The notes: generated from the sequence alone by a model not told the origin. Shown: positions 48,031-61,099, counted from the first letter of the stretch. The stretch: 64,000 nt of DNA from Felis catus (GCF_018350175.1 NC_058382.1:58654001-58718000), one strand, 5' to 3'. Program-made: numbers and translations.

Positions 48031-48975
48031 GGAAGACATGAATGCTGAGGGGCCTTGCTGGGCTGGCAGCCTGTGGTTGGGCTCCACTCACCTCCCTCCC
48101 CTGCGTTTGGGTGTGGATTTTAAGAGATGACACGGTGGAGGGACTGTCCCTGTCCTTGCCCCAGCATGGCGATTTAGGTTTTTCATTTTTCTTCCATTTC
48201 TTTTAGATGTGCCCTTAATCAGCAGAAATGGTTTCTCCACAGTCTCTGTAAATAATTCTCTTAATACTAATCTCATCTATAAAGCTGTTCTCCCCCAGAG
48301 AACTTGTGACAGTTTAAAGAAAACATCCCCCTCTCCCCCCACGAAGTCTGCTTCTTAGTAAAAGTCTGAGTTCATGCAGGTTCTTGCAATTCACAGGCAA
48401 AGGCCCTAGGGTCACTTCCACTGAACTTTGACCTATGGGCTGCTGCTTGGGCAGAGGTGCCTTATGTCCCCCCGTGGGGCTCCTTAGTGCCATTAAAACG
48501 AACCAAGGGTCATCAAAGGCTGGTAGCCTTGGACTCTGTTTTATGACTACTGTAAATCCATGGCCCCCCAAATAACTGAGATACGGCACAAAGCTTTCTG
48601 GGTAAAATATTCCATTACAGAGATAAACATGTAACACAGACGTGCAATTATACCAACACCCACAACAGAGAGGGGTGTGGTCGCCCATTGGAATGCCGTG
48701 CCCACGCGGTGGGGTACACGTCAGGGCTGCAGGGCTGTGGGGTCATACAGCTACATCTGTCATCACAACCATGTGCCTGTCAGGAGAAATTCCTAGAAGG
48801 GGTTGGGGAGAGAAGATGTGAGACTTAAAGATATGTTGCAGAACGTGTGAAGATAAAAGGCTTCTGCATAGGGAAGGAAACAATCAACAAAACTAAAAGG
48901 CAACCTATGGAATGGGAGGAGATATTTGCAAATGACATATCGGATAAAGTTAGTATCCAAAACCCATAAAGAACT

Positions 48976-49221
48976 GGGGCACCTGGGTGGCTCAGTTGGT
49001 TCAGTCTCCAACTCTTGGTTTCTGGTTCAGGTCATGATCTCACGGTTCTTTTTTTTTCTTTCTCACAGTTCTTGAGTTCAGGCCCCGCATCAGGCTCTGC
49101 ACTGACAGCAGGCAGATGCTTGGGATTCTTTCTCCCTCTCTCTCTCTGCTTCTCCCCTACTCTCGCTCTCTCTCTCTCGCTCAATATAAATAAAGAGACT
49201 TAAAAAAACCCACAGAATATG
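48976..49221 (+). mobile_element. Can-SINE
   Basis: 'ggggcacctgggtggctcagttgg'; TSD core 'taaagaact' at 48967-48975 and 49222-49230. Confidence 0.92.
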
Positions 49222-49426
49222 TAAAGAACTTACCAAACGCAACACCCAAAAAATAAATAACCCAATTAAAAATGGGCAGAAGACATGAACAGGCATTTCT
49301 CCAAAGAAGACATCCAGATGGCCAACAGACACATGAAAAGATGCTCAACGTCACTCATCATCAGGGAAATACACACCAAAACCATGATGAGATACCACCT
49401 CACACCTGTCAAAGTGGCTAAAATCA

Positions 49427-49598
49427 GGATGCCTGGGCGGCTCATTTGGAGGATCCCAGGGTTGTGGGATGGAGCCCTGTGTCGGGCTCCGTGCTGAGTG
49501 TGGAGCCTGCTTAAGATTCTCTCTCTTTCTCTCTCTCTGCCCCTCTCCCCCACCCGCATTCTCTCTTTCTCTAAAGGAAAAAAAAAAAAAAAAACCAA
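49427..49598 (+). mobile_element. Older Can-SINE, internally deleted
   Basis: 'ggatgcctgggcggctca...ggagcctgcttaagattctctc', A tail; TSD 'tggctaaaatca' at 49415-49426 and 49599-49610. Confidence 0.92.
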
Positions 49599-50396
49599 TG
49601 GCTAAAATCAACGACACAAGAAGCAACCGGCGTTGGTGAGGACACAGAGAAAAGGGACACTTGTGCGCTCTTGGTGGGAACACAGACTGGTGCAGCCACT
49701 CTGGGAAACAGTACGGAGGGTCCTCAAAGTGTTAAAGACAGGTCTACCCTGCAGTCCAGTAATAGTACCCCTGGGTTTTTACCCAAAGAATACCAAACAC
49801 GAATTCAAAGGGATACACACACCCCTATGATTACTGCCGCATTATCTATAATAGCCAAAGCATGGAAGCAGCCCAAGTGTCCATCGACAGATGCATGCGT
49901 AAAGAAGACGTGGTACCTATATAGAAAGGAGTATTATTACGCCAGAAAAAGAAGGAAATCTTGCCATTTGCAGTGACATGGATGGAGCTAGAGAGTATAA
50001 TAAATCGGTCGGAGAAGGACAGGTACCACATGATTTCACTCATGCGTGGAATTTAAGAAAGTCAACAACAACAACAAAAAAGAGACAAACCAAGAAAGAG
50101 ACTCTCAACCCGAGAGAACACACGGATGGTGACCAGAGGGGAGGTGGGTGGGGGGACGGGGGCAATAGGTGATGGGGATTCAGGAGCGCGCCTGTCGTGA
50201 TGGGCACCGAGTACGTATCGAATTGTCGAATGACTATAATGTACACCTGAAACTAACAGAACATTCTATGTTAATTGTACTTTATTAAAAAATACTTTAT
50301 AGTTATATTATAATTTTGTCATTGTATGATAATTCATTATAGTTATATGTAATTATAATAACTTTATATTTTATAAAATAGAAAACTTAATTTAAA

Positions 50397-50611
50397 GATT
50401 TTTTTTTTCAACGTTTATTTATTTTGGGGACAGAGAGAGACAGAGCATGAACGGGGGAGGGGCAGAGAGAGAGGGAGACACAGAATCGGAACCAGGCTCC
50501 AGGCTCCGAGCCGTCAGCCCAGAGCCTGACGCGGGGCTCGAACTCCCGGACCGCGAGATCGTGACCTGGCTGAAGTCGGACGCTTAACCGACTGCGCCAC
50601 CCAGGCGCCCC
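50397..50611 (-). mobile_element. Young feline SINEC_Fc with 18-bp TSD
   Basis: CpG-rich body ending 'actgcgccacccaggcgcccc'; TSD 'tagaaaacttaatttaaa' at 50379-50396 and 50612-50629. Confidence 0.97.
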
Positions 50612-51104
50612 TAGAAAACTTAATTTAAAAGAAGTGGAGAGAAAAGATGGGCTGCAGAAGAGGATCACCCATCATCCCTCCACTTTCAGGTTTTCTCACA
50701 TTTGCGACAAGTCAGCATTCTTCTAATTACGGGGGTGGGTGCTGTGAGAATGTCCGGGGCGGCTGAGAGCGGGGTGTCTGTATTGAGGTGGTGTCTCACG
50801 GAAGGTTTTATTCGGGAGCCGGAGGAAGAAGGTGGGGAGAAAACGTGGGCGACATCGTGTACAGGCGGAGGAAGGGTCCAGAAATAAGGAGAAGGAGGTC
50901 CAGGGTCACGCAGGAAGCACGTACAAACCGCGCCAGGCCAAACGCGGGTTTCCCGAGGCAGAGCGCCCCTGCTCACCGCCGCGCCAGACCACCGCGTGCC
51001 TTCCCTCTAGCCCTTAAAAAAGAGGCAGCATCCTGTTTTTTAAGACGGAGTTCCTGCTCTCAACACATTCAGGTGTTTTCCTTTTATAGCCTCAGTGAAA
51101 CAGC

Positions 51105-51295
51105 AATACAGTAATCGGCATTTATTGCAGACCGGCTCTCTGCCCGTGTCTGTTGTCCTTTTCTGGCCGGGGAAGCTGGGGTCCAGAGAGGGCAAGCTGC
51201 TTGCCTGAGCAAACACAGCTCACGGGAAGCCACAGTGGGATTTGAACCTGGTCTGCCCGGCCCCCAGGCCCCCAGCCACCACGCCGCCTGGCCTC
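51105..51295 (-). mobile_element. MIR
   Basis: 'ccagagagggcaagctgcttgcctgagcaaacacagct...gggatttgaacctggtctg'. Confidence 0.7.
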
Positions 51296-53748
51296 TGCGG
51301 CTGGGAATGCCCGGAGCGGGCCGGCTGCAGGATGCGGGCCTGTTTATTGTTCCTGCGGCTCCCTGTGCAACCGTCAACACGTTGTTTGAAGGGTGGGGCG
51401 GGTGGACTTTGAAGAGAGTGCAGGAGGAGGGGTCCCACGGGGGTTTGCCGTCCAAACAGACGCAACAGAGACCAGAGGGCGGCCAGGGTGGCCGGAAGGC
51501 CGGTGGGTGGGCGGCGAGCCTGCAGGGGCTCGCGTGCGGTCTCGTGATGGCATGTCACGTGACTCCCAAGGCCAGGCCTGGGGCCTTGCGCGGTCCCTCC
51601 CGGCGAGGGCTGGGGCCCCGGGCGCTGTGCCCGCCTTCCCCGCGGGACCGAGGGTTTCTGCCGCCGGCCTGGGCTTCCGTGGGGCAGGCACGGGGGACCC
51701 CACTGTGTGTCCCCAGCAGCTGTGCTATCCCATGTCCGAGAACATGACCCAAGCTCCCAGGTGGATTCGTGAAACGGACCTGGTGGTCTATGACCCATTC
51801 GGTGAGTGGACAGGGGGCTTGGTCAAGTGGCCGAGACCCCAGGTCGAGCACTTCGGATGTGAGGGACGCTTTTCCTGTCTCCTTCTGCCATCCTGAACAC
51901 CTCTGTGAGGTGGGACCAGCAGCGCCGGCCCCGCTTTGCAGGCAAGCACCGGGAGGCTCCAGACGGCGGCGTGACAGGCCCAGGAGACGGGCCAGGGCTT
52001 GCCCTTGGGTGGTGTGGCCCGAGCTTTCTCCCTGATATCACGGCACAGAGGCTACATCCGGGACCCGCTGGCAGACGGCACGGCTTTGGCTCCTGACCCT
52101 GTGACTGTGCCCCTGCCCCGCCATCTGGTCTTCGGAGGCTGACCTCTTTCTGCCTCTGCCAAGTGCAGGCAATGAGAAACTGCCCCCTGGGCTGTCGTGG
52201 GGGTCGGACTAGCTGTTCCGTAAGCTGATGCAATGGCGCACGACTTCTGGCATCCAGCATGGCCTCCAGGCTGTCAGCCACGCGGTCATCACTGGGGACC
52301 AAGCAGCCTCCTCCGCGGGGGCGGCCGCGTCTCCCTTTCCTGCTATTTCCTCGTGGTGGAGGTGATGATGGTGGACGAGGGTGTCACCGGGGGGGGGGGG
52401 AGGGGCGATGTGGATAAACAGCACGTGTCTCTAGAACCCGTGTGCCGGCCCGCTCGTGTCCTGAGCACCCATGCTGTCCTCGGACGCCCTTCACGGGCCC
52501 CCGTGCTCCCTGACGGCCGCCCAGGGGCCAACGCCCAACTCCACACGCTGCGAAGGCCTGCCCTGTCCTGTGCCGGTTTCCGTGGGAAAACTGGGGAGGG
52601 CACCGCGCGGGGCTCAGAGGGAAGGAGGAAAGGACAGGAAGATACCTTCTGCTGAGCCGCAAGCTTCCGACACACGACAGCGGAGAGGCTTCGGGAGTGT
52701 CCCTGTTCAACCTCTCGTCTGCTGGCCCACCCACCCCCCCTCAACTTGTGGCCTCAGGACGAGAAACGGAGCGTGGGCTTTGGCGAGTTTAAGTGGGGCC
52801 CGAGGAGCCGTGGTTTCGTTTGTCCCCGGGGCCTCTGTCCGGATGACTGTTCCCGCCACCACCCAGCCGGGCTCTGCTCATTAACCGGGTCACACCGGCC
52901 TGATAAAGTCGGACGAGAGCGAGGGCGGAGCTGAGCCGCAGGAGCGGGTGCCGGGAGGGGGGAAGATTCTGGGCCTCGCTAATTGGGGTTCTCTGCTCCT
53001 CTCGATCAGGCTCTGCTCTTTGTCTGAGCAGACAAGATAAGAAGGAAGCTGGGCTTTTCTAACAAGCGCGCCTGGCGGGGCCACGTGGTCATTTCCGAGC
53101 GGCCAGCGTCAGCCAGAGCCCCGTCGGTGAGGCGGTGCGATCACCCCGCTCGGAAACCATCGGGCGTGCTGTCGCTGGGACAGCAGGAGGCCACCCTGAG
53201 CCCCGCTGAAATCCGCCTGCGGAAGGCCGCGGGGTCTGGTTGCAGCCCCCGGAGAGATTCTCCTTCTGAGCGGCTGACCGTCTGGCTGGTCGGAACGAAC
53301 ACGTTCTGGCCGCCTGTCACTGCCCACAGCGACGGCCGCCTCCAGACAAGCAGGGAGGCATCAGCACTCGGGGCCAGCGAGTGCCTGCGTTATAGGCCGT
53401 GGAAATCGTAAAAATCAAAGCAAACAACAGCACGTTTGCCTGCCTTTGTGTCTTTCCACCAGAAGGACGTGGAAAAACAAATAAGGATTCATCAGCACTT
53501 GTCTTCTTTTTTTAAAAGAAATAGTATCCCTCCCCCGCTCCCCCCCCCCCCCCCCGCCGCCTCCCCCCCCCCAAACGCCACTCAGTGAATTTGCGAGTTA
53601 AAGCAAGGAGATGCTTCCTTTAAAATCTTAAAGGCCCCACATATCAGGTACTCCAGACCGAAAATAATTTGCGGTGCTGATATGGATTTTCTCCCTATCT
53701 GAATATACAAAGTATTATATGTTATATTGACATCCAGGCTAAATCTTT

Positions 53749-53760
53749 CCCTTATAAGGG
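53749..53760. promoter_or_regulatory. Palindromic CArG box (SRF motif)
   Basis: cccttataaggg contains CC(A/T)6GG. Motif only; binding not shown. Confidence 0.35.
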
Positions 53761-56700
53761 GTTTGACATAAATAGCTTTTATTATGTAACTCTTAAATAC
53801 AAGGGATACAACACATTTCTTAAAGGTCCCAGCTGCTATTGTTATCGTTCAAGACATAAAATTGGAATCCCAACTTCCAATATCAAGTTTTAGCGCAAAC
53901 CCTATAAAATCTATCTTGTCAGAATGTGCCAGAACCTCTAAGCCCTTTTCAGCTGAACAAATTGCAGCTGCTGCTCTACCCTCGAGGTAGAGCCTCGACT
54001 TTGCGTGTGGCGCCTTCACAGCAAACCGGTCCTGGTTTTCGCCCTGCTGCCGGGGGCTGGCCGGGGAAGGCGTAGGTTTAGATTAGCCGTGTCCTCCGCC
54101 GCTTGACAGGGTGACACGGGTCTGCAGGGCCGAGCCCGGGGCCTGGAGATAGGACCAGCCGGCAGGAATGCAGGGAATGTTTTTCTTCGGACTCTATCGA
54201 GGCACACAGACCATGGGGATTCTGTCTGTGGTGACAGCCTTAACATTTACCAGAGCCCGGGACGCCGCTGTAGAAATGGCATTGCCCACCCCGAAAGTGA
54301 GAAGGTAACGTTTATTTTTGTATTTTTTTCCTCTCTCTCCCATATACAGACTGTAGAAAGACCACCAAGCGTGGGCCATTTTTTTTTTCCACCATGATGT
54401 ACAATTCACATTTGTTAATCAAAAAAAAGTACCCGGGGTCATCCACCTAGCCTTTTTTTTTTTTTTTTTTTCTTCTTCTTCTTCTTAAACAGGAAACGGG
54501 TTTCAGATGTTTATATGTTAAAAAGTAAGGCTACTAATCTGTTTAGCCATTTACCAGATCCTGGCGAACTCCCTCCTACATTTTAATGTTCAGACTCCAT
54601 AGAATGACGTTCGTTTTATCCCACTTGTAATTGAGAATGAAAAAACAAAACCGTTCAATAGTCACCTGCTTTTTTGGGACGGTTCCAGGAGAGGTTAGAA
54701 TAAATGAATCTGGTCGCTTAGTGAAACCGTGCTCGTGGTGGCAACGGCCAACGTTGTGTTCGCGTTTGAAAATTCAACTTTCTCAGGCAATTCTTTACAG
54801 CAGACCGCGGTCACATGCATTTTCGTGTATCTGTGGAGACATCCTACTTAGACTCAGGACGGAGGTTTACAGAGACACACAGCTAGGAAATCCGCAGCAA
54901 AGGCAAAAGCTGTTCTTTTCAAACACGGGATCTTTTTCTTCGAACCAGCACGACATTTTCCACGGCGCGTCTCGATACTAGGCTGTGAATGGTAACGGAG
55001 AAAAACCATTTTCCCAGGGAGTCCACGGTCACTTGAAAGGATTTCGGCCTGATGTTTAGAAATCAAGATTTTTGTTTTATTGCTGGAATTTTCTTTTTCT
55101 CGCCCCAGGGCCGATCACTTCAAACAGTCTCGCTGCTGGTGAAAACGTGGCCGTTTAGTGTGGCAAAATGGTGATACTTCTCTGTGCTGGGAGGTTCGTG
55201 TATTTACAATCCGGGAGAAAGGAGCACAAACAGGGGAAGTTTGAATGCTTTTTTGGTGAATTTGTTAGTGTGCGAATCACTGGCTGAAAAGGCTGTTTTA
55301 AATGTAGGACTCAAAACAGGAGGAATTGTATCATTTGTGAAACCTGGGTCTGACGGCCCCTACTCTTTATCCGTCTGTGTTTGACCCGATGTTTTCCGCC
55401 TGCAGATTGTGTAGGGAGGAAAACTGTGGCTTCTGGAGACGTTTTTGTCAAGGAGAGAGAAATAGGAAATTGAAATGATCTCTTGAAAGCAGCCCAGTAT
55501 CCCTGAATCGGCGAGAAGGGTATTTGTAAAAATTAAAACATAGGCAAAGAACCATTCTCAACTCCTGCGCGAGCATCCTTGCCTGCCTCCACCCCAATAT
55601 ATACATTGATATAATATCCTATGAGGCAAAAATACAGTTGCTTTCTTTTTCGCCAGACTTATCAGAAGTGGCTGGAGAAGAGATGAGTATAAGTGTAAAA
55701 ATAGACCCGTAATCAATGTCCAGGCTCCTTTCAATGAGGATGGGAGGGATCGGATTAAACACAAAATACGTCTTTTTTTGGCAAACAAAACAGCCATTTT
55801 GATTGCCGGGGGCATGTTTTAATCACGGCTGCTCCAGGATGGGTGTTAGGACCTCCTGGCACGAACCCAGGGACAAACACTTAACAATTGCGCCGGCACT
55901 GAATGTGAGCAGAAATCGAGGAAAGCGGCAGAACCTTCTGTCGAGTGGGTCCCTCAAAGTGCAAGCACCCTAGCCGAGGCTGGTCCACGCAGAGCAAACC
56001 CCCACCAACCCCGGCTCGCTCTCCAGAATGTGCCTGCCATACCCAAGGTCCCGGAATCTCGCCCAAGAAAAGAACAGCTTCAGGGGCCCTTTGGCAAAGC
56101 ACCGGGGGGCTGAAAAGGGCAGAGAGGAAGCCTGGGACGACATCTACGCAGCGTCCAAGAGGCCAAAGAGCCAACGGACAGAAGAAGACATTACTCTGAT
56201 GAGGGGGCACAGGCTCCGTGCCGGGAAATTTCCCGCATGGGGCAGGACGCAGGGCATCTGGCTGGGGCTTCCTCGGCCGGCCTGTGTGACCATCACAGGA
56301 GACGACCCACTTTGGCTCAGTATTTTTTTTTTTTTTTTTTTTGACCGTCTCTCTGGGCCCTGGATCGCCAGGAACAGAAAATGCCAAAGTCTGCAAATGC
56401 AGGGCAATCGCCGTGTCAGCTGAGCTGAGATGTTTCCCAAACGAACACCTGGACGATGTAAATCACCCCAGCGGTAAACACTTCAGGCCGGCGCAGGCCG
56501 CGGGCTGGCGGGCGGCACCCTCCCACCCGGCCGGGGTCCATAAACCAGGCGCTGGCCCGCAATCACAAACGTCCCTCTCACCGAGAAAGACCCCTCCCGG
56601 GATGGGAGCAGAGCCCCTTCGCAGAGGCCACGCAGATAACCGACTGCCCTCGCCGCTGGCCGGCTTACCCTGGGCTGGTATCTGGAGCACGGTCAGAGGT

Positions 56701-59700
56701 CTGTGTCGTTACGGATGGCCAGGCCCACGGGCATCAAGGTGGCTGTTTTCAAAGGCAGTGTGCAAAGGTAAAACCTAAAAGACACACAAACAAAAGTCTT
56801 GTGTTTTAAACCTTGACAATAAAATCTGAATCACAGCCACAGTAATAACCGAAACGTCTCTGTGGAGGGTCCCCAAAGTTAGTAGAAATCCAAGTGTCCT
56901 TCCCTCCTTTAGAACATAGTGAATTAAGAGGTTAAATCTTCTCCGTGCCATTCTGGAATCCCCGACCCTTGACGGATGACCCTGCATCTGGCGTAAGCGA
57001 TGGTTATAAAGATCCCTGAATGGGGGGAAGCGGACGGCGGAGGACAGAATACATCGCCCGAAAGGTCACCTCCTTGGGAATTTCCTTATGTTCTGATGCT
57101 CTCCTTTAAGAAGAGAAATCTCTCCTTATAATTGTCTGCTTAGGGGGAGTCTTTTAAACGACATGTTCCTCCGTCAACGGCACAGTTGTCCGCTTTTTAA
57201 AAGCGGCCTGGGGCGTAGGCTTTTTATGGCTCTGTTCCTTTCTCCCCACGGCCCGGACCAGAGACGCGGAGGGAACCCGAGAGCAGTTCCCCTGCCTCCG
57301 GGATCAACTTTGCACCAAAGAAAAATAACCCGGAGAAATTATTCCTCGGCCAGGAACGAAGGAAGCCAGGATCAGATGGTTGCTGATCAGAGCAAATATT
57401 TAAACTGGATAAGTCAAGTCGAGCATTATTAAATAAAGCTTGTTTAATATGTCTCAAACAGAAAATGTCTTTTGAGGAGGGTTTTAGACGTGGGGCTAGA
57501 AATCTGGCTGGGTGCGTGTCTTGAGGCTTAATTGGTGTGCCCGGGATTTGGGTTCTTCAGACAGAAGCACGCTGTTCCTCCACGAATTGGTGTCCCCACC
57601 CCCCTCCCCTGCCCGCCGCCCTGTCGTCCTAAAACGAAAGCAGGAAAGGTTTTAGGTAGCTGTTGAAAGCGGTTAATGCAACACAATGCGCATGAGGCCG
57701 CTGCCTCACGTTTTCGCGTGGATGCATCAGACAAAGTGTAGCTTGGCCGCCTTGGTGACGGGGTGACGGGGGTGATGGGCCACGGGCGAGATCACCCGTG
57801 TGCACAGCCACGTTTTCCCACCACGGTGCAGCGGGCAGCCGCTGACCCGTGCTCCCGCCAAACCTAAAACCACTCTCTGATGGGTTTTACACGATTTACG
57901 TTTTTCTGATGTATTTAGAGGACGCCAGATGTCTACGTTCAAATGAAAAAAAAAAAAATCATTGGGAATATAAGATCCCGCCCCTTCCCCACATTTGCTC
58001 GCTCATGACAGACGCCAGGTCTGTGTGCGTGTGCCGGCCAATTCAGAGCCGGGTCTGGGGTCTCCGCAGAGGGTCGGGAGGGGAGTTGGGCGTGTGTGAC
58101 CACGGGCGCGTCTTTCTCTCTGGGCCACGTTTTCTCCTTCTGCAAAAAGGGTGGGGGCTGGCGACGCGCTGAGGCTCGTCCCCCTCGCTGAGAGTCTTTG
58201 CACTTCTCAGCGACCACCGTCTAGCTCGTTAAAGTCTCCTGACCCGCGGGAAGGAGCACCCGGAACCAGCTCGAAGCCGGACCTCAGAGAGCAGGCTGAG
58301 TCCCTCCCGCGCCCCAGTAGACCCGTGCGCCTGGGCAGGGGAGTTATGCCTTGTCTTTCTTCCCTCACCCCCAAAGTGATCTTTATATTCACTTAAGGGT
58401 TTTCGTTGTCAATGGACTGGACACGGATCGGATGGGGCACCCGGGACCCACAGCCCCCGTCTGATTCATCTGCCCGAGATGCAGTCACGCGCATCGTCAG
58501 ACCCTACGGATTCCCTTCCTAAAAACCCCATGTCGCCCAGGGCCCTTCCTCGGGAAATCTGATTCCCTTTATCCCCAACACGGACAGACGGGCCGTCTAC
58601 TTTTCGGCTCAGACCCACGGCCTGACCCTTCCTGTTAAGTCACCCTGGGCAGCAGCGTAGGCGGTGAAGGAAAACGTTCGGCAATGCGGCAGCAAAGCCT
58701 TGGTGCCGAGACCGTGGGAGCGGTCCGGCACCCCCGGCTGCCGTGCCTGTTCCCGGACAGGTGCCGCTGCCCCCTTCTTAGCGGACACCTGTGCATGCTG
58801 CCCGCAGGGACGGTGGCCCCGGCGACAGCCACGGAGCCTCAGGACAGGACGGCGGGCAGCCCGACAGCGGCTTCTGTGCTCAGCTTTCCGGAGCCCTCGT
58901 CAGGCCGGAGGGGACGGGACAGCTGGGAATGCGTTGGTGGGGAGGCGCTCAGAAGGTGGCCTGGACTCTGGGTGGACGGGCAGGGGCCCAGGGGACCGAG
59001 GCCAGCGTTGGAGCAGGGCTGCTGTGCAAGAACCCCACGTGCCGCTCCGGCTGGGTCAGTGAGAGCGGCTGGGGAGCCTGGCCGTCGCTCCCAGCAGGGC
59101 AGAGGCAGCCCCTCCACCCCCTGAGCGTCAAAGCAGGAAGCCCGGGGGTCTGGAGAGGCACCGTCTGCAAGACTGGACGTGTGGCCGGCCTGGGACACGG
59201 CGGGGGGAGGGGGTGACGGATGGGCCGGGCGGGAGGGGAGAAGAAAGCTGTGCGGTCAGGGACGTGTGGCGAGGAGCAGAAGGAGGAAAGTCCACTAGGG
59301 GCAGGGGGACCCCGCATCACCCTCCCCTTCACCGTCTGGCCGCAGCTCGTCCCCTGCTGCTCCCACCCTAAGCCTCCCACCCCGCCCCTTGGCGGCTCTC
59401 AACCCTGACTGTCCCTGATGGTCCCCTAGAAAGCTCTGACGGTGTGGAAGCCTGGCACCACCCCCAGAGATCGGGGAGGCCTTAGGGTGGCCGGGGGTCC
59501 GCACCAATGTTTTTACTGGCTGCCAGGGGTTCCGTGAACAGTCAGGGACTGAGACCGCTGTCCTGACCCTAAACTTCCAGGTGCAGACTTCTTCTGTGAG
59601 CTTCCTCTTGTCTAACTGGACACGGCAGAGGCTTGGCTGTTGGTAACTCGCGCACTGGAGACGCTGTGTGGGTGGTGGGCCAGCCCCGGTCCGGGGATGC

Positions 59701-61099
59701 AGCATTGGTAAGGATGCCCGTGGCGTGCACACTGGGCTGGGCATCTGGGCGACCGAGGGGCCCCTCGTTAACTTGCACACCCCACTCGTGGCCCAGGGCC
59801 TAGCGTCCAAACTGAAAGCACAGGCAGGTTCTGAGCCCAGAGTGGGACTTCCACGAAGCTCTCTCGAATCTTCGCGTGGCTCCCTCTTCCTTGGTAAAGG
59901 TAGCAGGACAAAATAAAAACAAAATTTTAAATTTTTCTGGGAAAAAAAAAAGCAAATCTTGATGAACTGGAATACAGCCCAGTTACCTGTTCTAAGTAAC
60001 TCTCATGTTCCGTTGGCCCCTTGTAAATCGCAAGCCTCCTTCATGAGACTTCGCGTAGAGTATCGAGAAGCCCAGACACCGTCGGGGAGCCTCACGCGGC
60101 CTCATTCATGGCAACACCCTAGGGGGCGCGTGTTACTTTGTGCCCATTTCGCAGATGCGGTAAGTGGAGGTGACTTCCCTGAAGCACACAGGCTTCCCTG
60201 AAGCACAGAGCTGGGGTGGGAACCCCGTCGGCAGTGCGGGGAAGAGAGGCGGGCGCCGCAGCCGGAAGATGCAATGTTATCTCGGAGAACCCCTCGGACG
60301 GTGTCAAAGCAGCAGGCCGGCCCCACCAGCTCTGCTCCTCTCCGTGGGGCGCTCTTGCCTCTGAGGGCCTCCGTTTGCTGCCCCACAAGGTGGGGCTCGG
60401 CTGCGGTGGCCCCGCACACGCGCAGCCTGCCCTCCACACGCAGGAACGCACGGCCACCTTCCTCCTCCGTCGGGCCTCCCGTGGGGCTGGTGATGGGCTG
60501 GGGTCTGTTTGTTCTCAGGGAAGGAAGAACCCTTTCTGGAAATGCCAAGCCTCTCTTTGCCGAGACAAACCTCGGGGCTTGACACAGAAAGAGAGTGAGG
60601 CAGGCTCGGGAAGGAGGCAGGAGCTCTGGCTGGCCCAGCGGACCCCCGCCCCTCTGACACGGCTCCGGCCTCCGTGCGAGTGGTGGGAGGGCACGCGGCC
60701 CCTCCCCACGAGGAGATGGGAGCCAGCCCTGTCCCTGCTTCTCCATGGGGCTGTGGCTTCTGCAAAGCCAGGGCCCGGCCAAACTGCCTCCCGCAGCCTC
60801 TGACCCCAGAGTCCAGGCCCCCCTCTACTTGGTGGGCCCAGGAGCCTCCCCTATGCCCTCTAAGCCCTGCCCACCTGACCTCAGCTCTGGGATCTGGGAC
60901 CCACCCCCATCTCCAGGCTGTAAAAGGGGGCTCCTCCTGCCTCTGAAGTGTGGCTGTGAGAATTACGTGAGGCAATGATCCATGCTTGTAAAGGGCCAGC
61001 CCAGAGCCTTCCAGAACCTTCCGCAGAGTCACAACAATAAGAAACAAACAGCCCAAATGGGGCACCGGCCCAGAAATAGCTCATCCTGGTACCAACCAG

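Larger units (their letters stand above)
48850..50292 (+). mobile_element. Carnivore L1, 5'-truncated (ORF2 C-terminus plus 3' UTR), carrying two SINE insertions
   Basis: ORF 49285 reads [28 protein letters not shown], which is L1 ORF2p; 3' UTR 'tgtacacctgaaactaacagaacattctatgttaa'. Confidence 0.95.

Noticed and set aside
49285..49976. ORFs with L1 ORF2p similarity
   Set aside because: Truncated, frameshifted, SINE-interrupted L1; not a functional CDS.
60174..60207. 15-bp direct repeat cttccctgaagcaca
   Set aside because: Local slippage duplication within a probable MIR remnant.
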